Of a DNA stretch of 64,000 nucleotides, positions 1 to 8,793 are shown piece after piece. Position 1 is the first letter of the stretch. The number at the start of each line of letters is the position of its first letter. The DNA is from Clostridia bacterium. Lineage in GTDB: Bacteria > Bacillota > Clostridia > Oscillospirales > CAG-272. The stretch spans positions 7,306 to 71,305 of the forward strand of contig JAFQEG010000011.1 in NCBI GenBank assembly GCA_017399145.1, in the 5' to 3' direction. The notes below the pieces were generated by a model that saw only the letters and a list, made by a program, of their open reading frames with translations, searched no databases and was not told where the DNA came from. Position numbers and translations under genes: made by a program.

Positions 1-567
1 TCTGGTGACCCTGTGCCTAAAAAAACACAGATTTTATCAATTGAAAAGGGGGACGTGTGCAATTTAACAGAATTTAGTATGTGCGCACACAACGGTACCC
101 ATATAGATGCGCCCTATCATTTTATAAATGGTGGTAAGAGTGTTGACAAGCTAAGCCCTGAGTCCTTAGTGGGTCCTTGCTTTGTGGCTATACATTCGGG
201 TGTTGTCAGTGGTGATGATGCAAAAAAGATTATTGAAAAAGCAAGGGCGCTTGATAGCGAGTGTGCAAAAAGGATTTTACTAAAGGGGGATTTAGAGGTT
301 TCTCTTGATGCATCACAGGTATTTGCCAAGGAAGGGATTTTGCTTTTAGGAAATGAGTCTCAAACGGTAGGTCCAAAAAATGCGCCTATGGAGGTGCACC
401 TTGAGCTTTTAGGCAAGGAGATTGTGCTACTTGAGGGAATCCGACTAGGCGAAATAGACGAAGGCAAGTATTTTTTAAATGCTATGCCCTTGAATTTAGG
501 TGGGGCAGATGGTGCGCCCTGTCGTGCAATACTTATAGATTTTGAAGGGGAAGAAAATGACGGATAG
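1..567 (+). CDS. Cyclase family (kynurenine formamidase-like) metal hydrolase, probably 5'-truncated by the window edge
   Basis: HNGTHIDAPYH motif and C-terminal GADGAPCRAIL; frame is open from base 1. Confidence 0.88.
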   Translation, partial: SGDPVPKKTQILSIEKGDVCNLTEFSMCAHNGTHIDAPYHFINGGKSVDKLSPESLVGPCFVAIHSGVVSGDDAKKIIEKARALDSECAKRILLKGDLEVSLDASQVFAKEGILLLGNESQTVGPKNAPMEVHLELLGKEIVLLEGIRLGEIDEGKYFLNAMPLNLGGADGAPCRAILIDFEGEENDG

Positions 568-1183
568 AGAAAAAATACATTCAGGTGAGCTTTATTATCC
601 AAGTGGTGACGAGATAATGAATGAACAGCTTTCCTATGTGAATATGCAATATGATTTTAATATGACAAGACCTACCGAGCTTGACAAAAGAGAAGAAATG
701 CTAAAGAAAATGTTTGCAGAAATAGGAGATGGCTGTTATATTGAGCCACCACTTCACGCAAATTGGGGTGGGCACCACGTTCATTTTGGAAAGGGAGTGT
801 ATGCAAATTTCAATCTTACTCTAGTTGACGACACTCATATTTACGTAGGAGACTATACTCTTTTTGGTCCTAACTGCGTAATTGCAACTGCATCTCATCC
901 CATAGACCCCACACTTCGCCAAGAGGCGTATCAATATAATTTGCCTGTGCATATCGGCAAAAACTGTTGGCTTGGGGCAGGAGTAATCGTTTGCCCCGGT
1001 GTTACAATTGGCGATAACACAATTATCGGCGCAGGTAGTGTTGTAACTAAGGATATCCCCTCAGGCGTGGTTGCCTTCGGCAACCCTTGTCGAGTACATA
1101 GAGAAGTGACCGAGCGTGACAAGGAATACTATTATAAAGATAGAAAAATAGATTACACCAAACTAAAGGGACCGACACATTGA
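557..1183 (+). CDS. Sugar O-acetyltransferase (maltose/galactoside acetyltransferase, hexapeptide repeat)
   Basis: IGDGCYIEPP, PVHIGKNCWLG, GAGSVVTKDIP left-handed beta-helix motifs; ATG at 557 after GAAGGGG. Confidence 0.92.
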   Translation: MTDREKIHSGELYYPSGDEIMNEQLSYVNMQYDFNMTRPTELDKREEMLKKMFAEIGDGCYIEPPLHANWGGHHVHFGKGVYANFNLTLVDDTHIYVGDYTLFGPNCVIATASHPIDPTLRQEAYQYNLPVHIGKNCWLGAGVIVCPGVTIGDNTIIGAGSVVTKDIPSGVVAFGNPCRVHREVTERDKEYYYKDRKIDYTKLKGPTH

Positions 1184-1392
1184 GGTAAAACCAAGACCCA
1201 CAAATAATACACACCACCCAAGCAATATTGTTTATTGCTTCCGTTTGAATAATAAGGTTGAAAAGCAAAGCTTTTCTCCATTTATGTGTGTCTTTATTAG
1301 CGCTTTCTGCCCTCCACGTACAAAGTACGCGTCCACGGGCAGAAATCACAAATTTTTCCTCCCAATCTGTCTAGTCCCGCCAACACATTGAG
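1175..1392. repeat. REP/MITE-like intergenic element with CGTAC-AAA-GTACG core hairpin
   Basis: TTTCTGCCC...GGGCAGAAA stem enclosing CGTACAAAGTACG; ACACATTGAG direct repeat at 1175 and 1383. Confidence 0.45.
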
Positions 1393-1397
1393 ATAAT

Positions 1398-1427
1398 AAA
1401 AAGCAACTCTTTCGAGTTGCTTTTTTT
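1398..1427. terminator. Bidirectional intrinsic terminator
   Basis: AAAAAGCAACTC-TTTC-GAGTTGCTTTTTTT between convergent genes. Confidence 0.85.
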
Positions 1428-1428
1428 G

Positions 1429-2562
1429 TTAGTATGGTAGCCAATCCGTAACCTCATGGCTAAGGATTTCGCCCTCTTGGGTGATTTTATAGGTTAGGTC
1501 GATTTCCTCGGCATCGTCCTGGGGTCCTGGGGTATCCTTTGCACCACTTAGAGAAATGGTGTAGTATTCGCCTGTGCCAAGATAGAGTGCATGCAAGGAC
1601 AAAATATTCTCGGGGGATTTGTCAAGGTAATTTCTGTAATGATATTCTGCAAGGAAGCAAGCGGTTTGTCTGCTTATTGTGGCTAATTCCTCCTCCTCGA
1701 AGTAGTAAAGTGGTTCGACGTCGCCCTCTAAAATCTCGTCCTTATATTCTTTAATGCCTGTGATTTCTGTTTCATTTATATCATAAAAGGCAATGGTGTG
1801 GTATTCCTTTTTTGCACCACGATAGGTACCGTCACACTCATAGCTAATATAGCTTATGTGTGTGTCATTTAGCTTAATTTCTAAATTGGAAATGATTGAA
1901 TAGCCCTTAATACAGGTTGATTTATATAGGTCGTTTTCACTATCGTAGGTAAAGTCGCTTATGCTTAGTCTAAGATTGCCTAGGGCAATAAAGGAAAAGA
2001 TTGATTCCTCGAGATAAGACCCGTTATAACGTCGCCAGCCATCGCCCTCGGGTAGGTAGTAGGACTCGTCGTAGATTGCATCAATTCCCCAAAAATCGTC
2101 ACCCAGTGTACGTATTTCCGTTCTTGTTATGCTACTATTAAAGTCACCATCAAGGCTATTTATTAGCTTAGAGTTATAGGTTGTGCCCTTTTTCGATTTA
2201 TAAAGACTTGCACCAAGAGTAAGGGAGCCATCCTCCTTTATAATAATTAGGTCGTGAAGGGTGGTAAGACTCTCATAGCCACTAATTGATTCAGCAAGTG
2301 CCTTATCTAGCTTTTCAAGCACAGGGTCAAGTGTATCGGGCTGTGGGTCGCTAGGCAATTCGGGAGTGGTATCCTCGACTAAGCCACCTTGAGTTGAGGT
2401 GTCAATTACTTGGCTATTAGTGTTTGTGCCTGTGTCAGTTGAGGTGTCCAGGGTTGTATTTGGAGTTGTGTCCTCGCTACCCATTTCGCTTTGTGGTGGT
2501 GCGACACAGCCACTCAAGATAAGTGCAAATAGCAACAAAAGAATTATACACAGCTTTTTCAT
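1429..2562 (-). CDS. Hypothetical lipoprotein with S/T/P-rich linker
   Basis: MKK + hydrophobic core + LSGC lipobox; low-complexity T/S/D/P segment follows. Confidence 0.75.
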   Translation of the reverse strand: MKKLCIILLLLFALILSGCVAPPQSEMGSEDTTPNTTLDTSTDTGTNTNSQVIDTSTQGGLVEDTTPELPSDPQPDTLDPVLEKLDKALAESISGYESLTTLHDLIIIKEDGSLTLGASLYKSKKGTTYNSKLINSLDGDFNSSITRTEIRTLGDDFWGIDAIYDESYYLPEGDGWRRYNGSYLEESIFSFIALGNLRLSISDFTYDSENDLYKSTCIKGYSIISNLEIKLNDTHISYISYECDGTYRGAKKEYHTIAFYDINETEITGIKEYKDEILEGDVEPLYYFEEEELATISRQTACFLAEYHYRNYLDKSPENILSLHALYLGTGEYYTISLSGAKDTPGPQDDAEEIDLTYKITQEGEILSHEVTDWLPY

Positions 2563-2620
2563 AAAATCACTCCTTTCATAAATAAAGACGGAAAATATAA
2601 AAGGTAGGTTACAGGTTGAG

Positions 2621-2652
2621 AAAAATATGGTCGATTATCGACCATATTTTTT
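2621..2652 (-). terminator. Intrinsic terminator
   Basis: AAAAATATGGTCGA-TTA-TCGACCATATTTTT palindrome at the gene end. Confidence 0.75.
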
Positions 2653-4324
2653 ATTTTGTGCTGATAGATAGGTTAAATTCGCACACTCCTGTGGGTAAAA
2701 TGTAGTCGATTAGGTATGCGTTAAACTTTACCCCGCCTATGTGGGTTTCTGCCTCGTGGATAGAAATATTTGGGATAAGCCCCTCCTTACATTCAAGGGT
2801 TGTGTCCTCGATAATTACCTTATTACCAACAATCCTTGGCTCGATTACGGAAACGAAGCGTTCTGTTATTACGCTTTCTTTAGTTAGAGTAAATTTGTCA
2901 CAAAGTGCGATTTTGTCATCACTTAGTGTAAAGGTGCGCTCAGCCTTTTTAAGATAATCTTGACCGTAGCCGTTTGTAAAGTCCATTGATACAACCGACA
3001 TATTTTCGTTTACGTTTAGGTAAACGTTGTCACGACGGACACCATCTTGACCTACGCCGTCAAAAAATGGAATGTTGTGAGAAAAGGCAGAGGGGTTAAA
3101 GAAGGTATATCTTGCGTTTTCGTGGTAGCCAGTTTTGTATGGTCCTGCACCTAGGTCACAAAGGATTTGGTGATTGTTTCTTGCAAAAATGAAGGAGCCA
3201 ACGTCGTTGTGGTTATGGCTTTCTCCGTTGTTGCCACCCTTTGTTGCAAAGCCATAGTGTGGTGTGCGCTTAACAAAATAAGCAGAGTCCTTCATATGAT
3301 ATGAGGCACTTTCCTCAATTTCGTTAGTTACGTATTCGGGACGGAAATAGAGAATACAACGAAGTAGGAAGTTTAGGTGGGTGTTGTCCTTTGCCATAAT
3401 TGCAAGCTTGATTGGTAGCTTTTCAACGTCTTCGCCGTAAATTGTCCTCAAAGCATGGGGTAGCCATACGGAATAATTTTGTACTCCTGCGCAGTCACTA
3501 AAGGAAACGATAACGTCACGTTGTAGAAACATTTTTTGCATAAAGGTTGCAATTTCCTTTACCTTAGGCACTTCAAACCAGTCAACCTTGCCATTTGTTA
3601 ACTCCTTTTCTAAAAGTGCATAGGTTACAAAAAAGCCAAAGCCGAAGGACCAGTAGCCTGTACCCTCAACGCAAACTCCGTCGTCCTTGTAGGAGTCTAG
3701 GTAAACCTGCATAACGGAGTCAAGGCGACCTCTTTGCTGTAAAAAGATTTCGGGGCATTCGTACATTAAAACACCACCTACACCACCTGCGCAAACTGCT
3801 GCCCAGTTGTTAGGGTGATTTTCCCAGAAATAGGTTCTTGTAAGGAATGGGTCTATGGTCCTGCGCTTTAATTCTGCGCTAATTCTGTCCTTTAGTAGCT
3901 GAGGAAAACGGTCCTCGAAAAGGTTTTTAACCTCGGCTAAGGCAAGGGCTGCGCTTGATGCAAAAATATCTATTAAGCCTATGTCGTAATCCTTAGGGGT
4001 CCTGTCGTAATAGCGATTGAAGTGTCCAAGGGGAGCCCAGGAATATTCCCCAAGATATGCCCAAACAATCTTTAAAAGATTGTCGTAATATTCCTCATTG
4101 TCGGGATAGATTAAGGAAAGCATTGAGGCTGTTTGTAGCTGGTCAAATTGCAATCTCCAAAGCCCGTTATCGTTATTTTCTAAAATTTCCTTAGCAGAGT
4201 GGGGGCGAGGCTCGGTCTTGAAGGCTTTTTCGTAAAGCTCCAAAACCTCCTGTCTGTGCTGAGCATAATCGTTGCTTGCACGCACCTTTTCCCAAAATTT
4301 TTTATCCTTAGCAAAATCTAACAT
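2651..4324 (-). CDS. Heparinase II/III-like (polysaccharide lyase-type) protein, no signal peptide
   Basis: NNWAAVC, EGTGYWSFG and KGGNNGESHNHNDVGSF motifs; HNIP motif. Confidence 0.8.
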   Translation of the reverse strand: MLDFAKDKKFWEKVRASNDYAQHRQEVLELYEKAFKTEPRPHSAKEILENNDNGLWRLQFDQLQTASMLSLIYPDNEEYYDNLLKIVWAYLGEYSWAPLGHFNRYYDRTPKDYDIGLIDIFASSAALALAEVKNLFEDRFPQLLKDRISAELKRRTIDPFLTRTYFWENHPNNWAAVCAGGVGGVLMYECPEIFLQQRGRLDSVMQVYLDSYKDDGVCVEGTGYWSFGFGFFVTYALLEKELTNGKVDWFEVPKVKEIATFMQKMFLQRDVIVSFSDCAGVQNYSVWLPHALRTIYGEDVEKLPIKLAIMAKDNTHLNFLLRCILYFRPEYVTNEIEESASYHMKDSAYFVKRTPHYGFATKGGNNGESHNHNDVGSFIFARNNHQILCDLGAGPYKTGYHENARYTFFNPSAFSHNIPFFDGVGQDGVRRDNVYLNVNENMSVVSMDFTNGYGQDYLKKAERTFTLSDDKIALCDKFTLTKESVITERFVSVIEPRIVGNKVIIEDTTLECKEGLIPNISIHEAETHIGGVKFNAYLIDYILPTGVCEFNLSISTK

Positions 4325-4396
4325 AATTAACCTCTTTGTTGTGTAGCTTGTACCTTAATTTTAGCATAGAGTCAAAGGGTTTGCAACAGAAAAAGG

Positions 4397-4429
4397 AAAA
4401 AGAGGCTTAAAATTTAAGCCTCTTTTTTT
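4397..4429 (-). terminator. Intrinsic terminator after rtcB
   Basis: AAAAAGAGGCTTAAA-A-TTTAAGCCTCTTTTTTT. Confidence 0.8.
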
Positions 4430-4446
4430 GTGTTGCAACAACCCCG

Positions 4447-5658
4447 CTACTTACCAGATGCCTTGAAATTGTATACAGGCTTAATTACCTTTACAATTTC
4501 AACGGAAGGGGTAATTTGCGAAACGATTGCGTCCATATCCTTGTATGCCATAGGGGACTCGTCAAGAGTACCGGGGCAGATACAGGTGGTATAGATGCCT
4601 TCCATTTGCTTTTGGTATTCCTCAAGGGTTAGAGTTTCCTTTGCGGTGCTTCTTTTTAAGAGTCTACCTGCACCGTGAGGGGCAGAGTAGTTCCAATTTT
4701 CGTTGCCCTTACCTAGACAGATAAGCGCACCGTCACGCATATTGATAGGGATTAAAAGCTTTTCACCATTCTTTGCAGATACGGAGCCCTTTCTTAAAAT
4801 CATTGACTCTGTGTCGATATAGTTATGAATGGTAGTAAAGCGCTCTAGCTGAGGTAAGCCTAAAACGTTTATAATGGTGTCGGCAATTGCTTGTCTATTT
4901 AGAGTTGCAAACTGTTGTACAAGCTTCATGTCGTGAATGTACATATCAAAGAGTTCGCCCTCAAGACAGCAAAGCTCCTTGGAAATAGGCTTGTTTGCAT
5001 AGTCCTTTTTCATTTTGTCAATGGTGTCTGCTATTTCGTTTTTGGACTTACCCTGTGCTAGCATATCCTTAGTTACCTTGTCGGCTAAGGATTTAGGGAA
5101 GGTGCGTTGCATTTCGTAGGCTTGGTTGATGTAATATTCAGCAACCTCCTTGCCTAAACGTCTACTACCCGAGTGGATAACTAGGTATTTGCAATCATCC
5201 TCGTCCTTGTCGATTTCAATAAAGTGGTTGCCACCACCAAGAGTGCCTAAGCCGAATAGCGCCTTTTCGCCCTCGATTTTATCGTAGCAATAAAGCTTTG
5301 TTATGTCGATTTTGTCAGTGTATTTGTGGTATGTTTTTCTGTTTGAGTTGCCTGAGGGGATATTTCTTCTTATACAGTCGTCAAGCTTTTTAAAGTCAAT
5401 ATCTACCTTGCCAAGACATACAGTTTCCATGCCACAGCCGATATCAACGCCTACCATTGAGGGCGATACCTTGTCCTTAATTGTCATAGTTGTACCGATG
5501 GTACAGCCCTTGCCTGAGTGTACGTCAGGCATAATTCTAATTTTTGTTTCCTTAAAAGCCTCATCGTTACACACGTTCAAGATTTGCTTGTAAGCATCCT
5601 CGGCTAGCAAATCGGTGTAGCAGATAGCTTGGTTATATTTGCCGTAAACTTCTATCAT
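4447..5658 (-). CDS. rtcB: RtcB family RNA ligase (3'-phosphate/2',3'-cyclic phosphate to 5'-OH)
   Basis: MPDVHSGKG, VGVDIGCGM, GTLGGGNHFIE, HSGSR, HNY, SAPHGAGR, DESPMAYK motifs. Confidence 0.95.
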   Translation of the reverse strand: MIEVYGKYNQAICYTDLLAEDAYKQILNVCNDEAFKETKIRIMPDVHSGKGCTIGTTMTIKDKVSPSMVGVDIGCGMETVCLGKVDIDFKKLDDCIRRNIPSGNSNRKTYHKYTDKIDITKLYCYDKIEGEKALFGLGTLGGGNHFIEIDKDEDDCKYLVIHSGSRRLGKEVAEYYINQAYEMQRTFPKSLADKVTKDMLAQGKSKNEIADTIDKMKKDYANKPISKELCCLEGELFDMYIHDMKLVQQFATLNRQAIADTIINVLGLPQLERFTTIHNYIDTESMILRKGSVSAKNGEKLLIPINMRDGALICLGKGNENWNYSAPHGAGRLLKRSTAKETLTLEEYQKQMEGIYTTCICPGTLDESPMAYKDMDAIVSQITPSVEIVKVIKPVYNFKASGK

Positions 5659-5684
5659 GGTATATCATCTCCTTTTTAATTATA

Positions 5685-5942
5685 CTAGAGGGCGGATTTA
5701 GAGTCATAGAACAAAAGGCGAGGAGGGGAAGCAACATAGTTTTCGATAATTGTTGCGTTTTACGAATCTAAGGTGGAAATTTTTTCAAAATTTCTTTTAT
5801 TGTATTCGCCTTTTTAAGGGCGACTGCTACTCTGCCGTACACTAGTACGCCTACGGAAACCCCCAAAGCTCATTCTTCGCTTCGGGGAACCCCTGGCGAC
5901 GACTACGCATTCACCCTTTCTCTGACCCAAATCTCCCTCTTA
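5685..5942. mobile_element. MITE-like non-autonomous element between slipin and rtcB
   Basis: Imperfect terminal inverted repeats (AGAGGGCGGATTTAGAGTCATAGAA / TTCTCTGACCCAAATCTCCCTCT); internal CGTAC-ACTA-GTACG and a 37-nt hairpin shared with 36366-36402. Confidence 0.5.
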
Positions 5943-6016
5943 ATTCAGTGTGTGAGGGCGGATTTTATTAAATGGCAAAAGGGTAGGCACCTCAAAAGAG
6001 GAGCCCACCTCTTGAA

Positions 6017-7117
6017 TTACGCCTTTGGACCCTTGAGAATGGATACAAGGTCGGTAATTGCGCTTGACCCGCCACTTAGGTTGAGGGTGTCAACCTTTTC
6101 ACAAATACGCTCAAGGTATTCAAGCTCCTTAAGCTTGTAAAGGGTTGCATTCTCGTCCATAAGCTTTGCGGTGTTAAGAAGTGAACGGGTTGAAGCAACC
6201 TCCTCACGTCTTGCAATTACGCTAGCTTGTGCCTTCTTCTCAGCCATAAGAACGGTATTCATAATGGATCTGATTTCGCCTGGGAGGATGATGTCCTTTA
6301 CGCCAGCATCAACGAAGCTAACGGAAAGTGCCTCTTCCTTCTCAACAAGCTTGTCAAATACATACTTTGAGATAGCGTCCTTATTTTCGAGGATCTCGTC
6401 AAGCTTGTACTTGCCAACATAGTCACGCATAGCTAGCTGAGCACAAAGTCTGATTTGCTCCTCGTAGGAATCAACGTCGCTAATTGCCTTTACAACGTCG
6501 CTAACGCGATAGTTGCAAACGAAATTGATGCGAACGTTTACCTTATCCTGAGTAAGGATCTCTTGGCAGGCAATATCCATTCTTTGAAGTCTTGTATCAA
6601 CTGTTCTAGCGAAAACTGATACAGTATTCTTCCAGAAGTAATATGTGCCAGGCTCAAGAACCTTAACAAACTGGTTGTCAAGGTATAGTAGTGCCTTTTG
6701 ATAGGACTCAACAGACACCTTAGTGTAGTAGATCCCAGGGATCTTTGCTATGATTTGAGAAGGAACATCCTCAATCATAGTCTTTGATGTGTCGAAGAGC
6801 ATAAGCTCTTCCTTGGCATCAGTTTTGAAGTAAACGTATCTGCCCTCCTTGAAGAAGCTAGTGCAGATACCATTTACAAAACGCATGCCATAGTGGCCGG
6901 CTGGCACCTCATATACGTTTACACTGTTCTTGATATCCTCATTAGCAAGAAGAGTATCAATTGAGCATCTGGATGATGAAAGTGCAGAATCGATGGGAAC
7001 GATTTCTACCTCTCTTTGTCTCCAAAACTTATATGAGCCAGCGCCAAGTAGCTTTTCAAGCTTACCGTCCTTGAAAAGTAGGCCTCTTTGATTTTCGTTA
7101 ATAACAAACTTTTTCAT
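6017..7117 (-). CDS. Slipin / SPFH (band-7) domain protein with N-terminal beta repeats
   Basis: Repeated [E]xQRGLLFxDGKxxxLLxxGxY units; QEILTQDKV..RINF, KDIILPGEIR, ARREEVASTRSLLNTAKLM SPFH motifs. Confidence 0.9.
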   Translation of the reverse strand: MKKFVINENQRGLLFKDGKLEKLLGAGSYKFWRQREVEIVPIDSALSSSRCSIDTLLANEDIKNSVNVYEVPAGHYGMRFVNGICTSFFKEGRYVYFKTDAKEELMLFDTSKTMIEDVPSQIIAKIPGIYYTKVSVESYQKALLYLDNQFVKVLEPGTYYFWKNTVSVFARTVDTRLQRMDIACQEILTQDKVNVRINFVCNYRVSDVVKAISDVDSYEEQIRLCAQLAMRDYVGKYKLDEILENKDAISKYVFDKLVEKEEALSVSFVDAGVKDIILPGEIRSIMNTVLMAEKKAQASVIARREEVASTRSLLNTAKLMDENATLYKLKELEYLERICEKVDTLNLSGGSSAITDLVSILKGPKA

Positions 7118-7149
7118 TTTTATTTTCTCCTTTATGTAAATTATTTTTG

Positions 7150-7430
7150 TATTTAAACGGCATTTAGCCGATATTAGCGAGCTAGGTCCCTTTATACCGA
7201 GGGCGGTACACTCGCTTAAGCAAGTAAGGGGCTAGGGCGGGGCAACTAGGCTTGGCCTTAGCACGTTACAAGCGGTATCCGCAAGGTAACAGGGCTCTTG
7301 GTATATCCTTAAGCAAGAGGGTAAGCAGAGTGATAGTGCAAACGGGCAACTATCACTCATGACTCAAGCCCTACATTTTATCCTGTCGGCAAGGAGCCTT
7401 AAGATAAATATGTAGGATTTGTAGCTAGCC
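7150..7430 (-). ncRNA. Multi-hairpin structured RNA in the slipin 5' region
   Basis: Minus-strand stems CCTACAT..ATGTAGG, GAGTGATAGT..ACTATCACTC (10 bp perfect), CTCTTG..CAAGAG, GTTAC..GCGG/CCGC..GTAAC; no ORF in the track; GC-richer than other intergenic DNA. Confidence 0.5.
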
Positions 7431-7553
7431 CACTTGAAAAGGCAAAAGGGACTTTGCAAAAATCATGTTCATCATAAAAACTTTTAGGTTTTTTTTAAAG
7501 AATTTACTGTTCTTTACAATTCAACTAATAGTTTGGGGTGCCACCAAGTGTTA

Positions 7554-7628
7554 TGAGAACACCTTCGCGGAATCGAACCGCTAAAACTAGCAAGCTGACA
7601 TACACAGGGGGATTTCCAATATGGCGCT
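7554..7628 (-). ncRNA. tRNA-like RNA (band-7-associated tRNA-like element), not a canonical tRNA
   Basis: T arm GCGG-TTCGATT-CCGC (7567-7581), acceptor-like AGCGCC/GGTGTT pairing, about 75 nt; weak D and anticodon arms, no CCA. Confidence 0.6.
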
Positions 7629-7804
7629 ATGCATAAAGGAACCAGTGCATCTCCGTGACGCTCGGTCGTTTTTTGACTCGTCAGCCAATCACCGGAACTG
7701 CCTTGCTGATATAAGTATATGGCATAAAGTGGTAAAAATCACGGAAAAAAACTTGCGAAGACTAGGTTTTTTAAGATTTTTTCAACTTTTTTGAAAAAAT
7801 TTGC

Positions 7805-7833
7805 AAAAAAAGAGCAGACAAAAAAGTCTGCTC
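7805..7833 (-). terminator. Intrinsic terminator of the WYL operon
   Basis: GAGCAGAC-AAAAAA-GTCTGCTC preceded by an A-tract (U-tract on the minus strand). Confidence 0.7.
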
Positions 7834-7869
7834 AAGGGAAAAAACTATTGCTATTTAATATGTATATAG

Positions 7870-8793
7870 TTAATGAAGGCTTTTGAAAAGCTGACGTTGG
7901 GTCTCTAGCCTTTTTTTAATTTCTGCCACAAAGGACCGAGAGGCAACGGCACGGATAGATGGGCCGAAGGATAAAACTCTTATAACAAGCTCGGTTTCGT
8001 CCTTTTCGTCATATTCAAGCCTGATAATGTATCTGTCATCGCTAACCCTTTCTGCTTGCTTTTTGAAATGGGCAAAGTGAAGCATTACCCTTTCAAGTGC
8101 GTTTCGCTTATCGAATACCTCAAGGACTAGGGTTTTTGTTTTCACCTTAGCAGAGGGATTAACAAACGAGGATGCGTAGCATAATTCACAGCTAGTTATT
8201 GAGGATAGATTAAACATCTGCATTTTTGAGTTGCTACTCCTTGCAATAAGACGGAATTTGTCGTCCTTTTCCGAATATTCAAGCCTTAGGGGGACAACTA
8301 TGGCAGTCATTTGGGTATCCTTCCTTGTGGTGATGGATAGCTTAAGACCGGAGTTTTCCTTAATTGCTTTAAGAATTTTGCGAAATACTGATATGTAAAA
8401 CTGATTTTCGTAGTCGTCGCAATCGTCGTATTTGTCATAAATTTCAATGTCGCTAAGAGAGAAAAGTGGCTCGTAATTCCATAGCTGATATGGAATTTCA
8501 TCAAGGAAAAGCCTTATTCTTTTATCGTCGACTAGGGACCTTAGCCATCTTAATTGAAGGGTGGTTAGGGGAAGAGTGGGCTTATTTTTAAGGGTGGTTG
8601 TTAAATCCTTAGTAATAAAGGGCCAACGGTCCTCCTTAATTGCCTGTGAAATTTCAAGATAGCTATCCTCAAAGGCGTTTTCGGTAATGATTTCTTGAAG
8701 CTGTTTTTTGTCAATCGCTCCATTTTCAAGAATTGCATTTATTATTTTTGTTACTGTGCCATAATATGCACCATAAATTTCGTTGAAAATCAT
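7870..8793 (-). CDS. WYL domain transcriptional regulator (second of pair)
   Basis: VVPLRLEYSEKDDKFRL WYL-like region, C-terminal WCX-like ELVIRVLSFGPSIRAV; overlaps the upstream gene by 4 nt. Confidence 0.85.
   Translation of the reverse strand: MIFNEIYGAYYGTVTKIINAILENGAIDKKQLQEIITENAFEDSYLEISQAIKEDRWPFITKDLTTTLKNKPTLPLTTLQLRWLRSLVDDKRIRLFLDEIPYQLWNYEPLFSLSDIEIYDKYDDCDDYENQFYISVFRKILKAIKENSGLKLSITTRKDTQMTAIVVPLRLEYSEKDDKFRLIARSSNSKMQMFNLSSITSCELCYASSFVNPSAKVKTKTLVLEVFDKRNALERVMLHFAHFKKQAERVSDDRYIIRLEYDEKDETELVIRVLSFGPSIRAVASRSFVAEIKKRLETQRQLFKSLH

Noticed and set aside
7650-7697. Hammerhead ribozyme (minus strand CTGACGA-GTC..GAC)
   Set aside because: The required GAAA after stem II is absent (CGAG instead); the region folds better as one irregular hairpin
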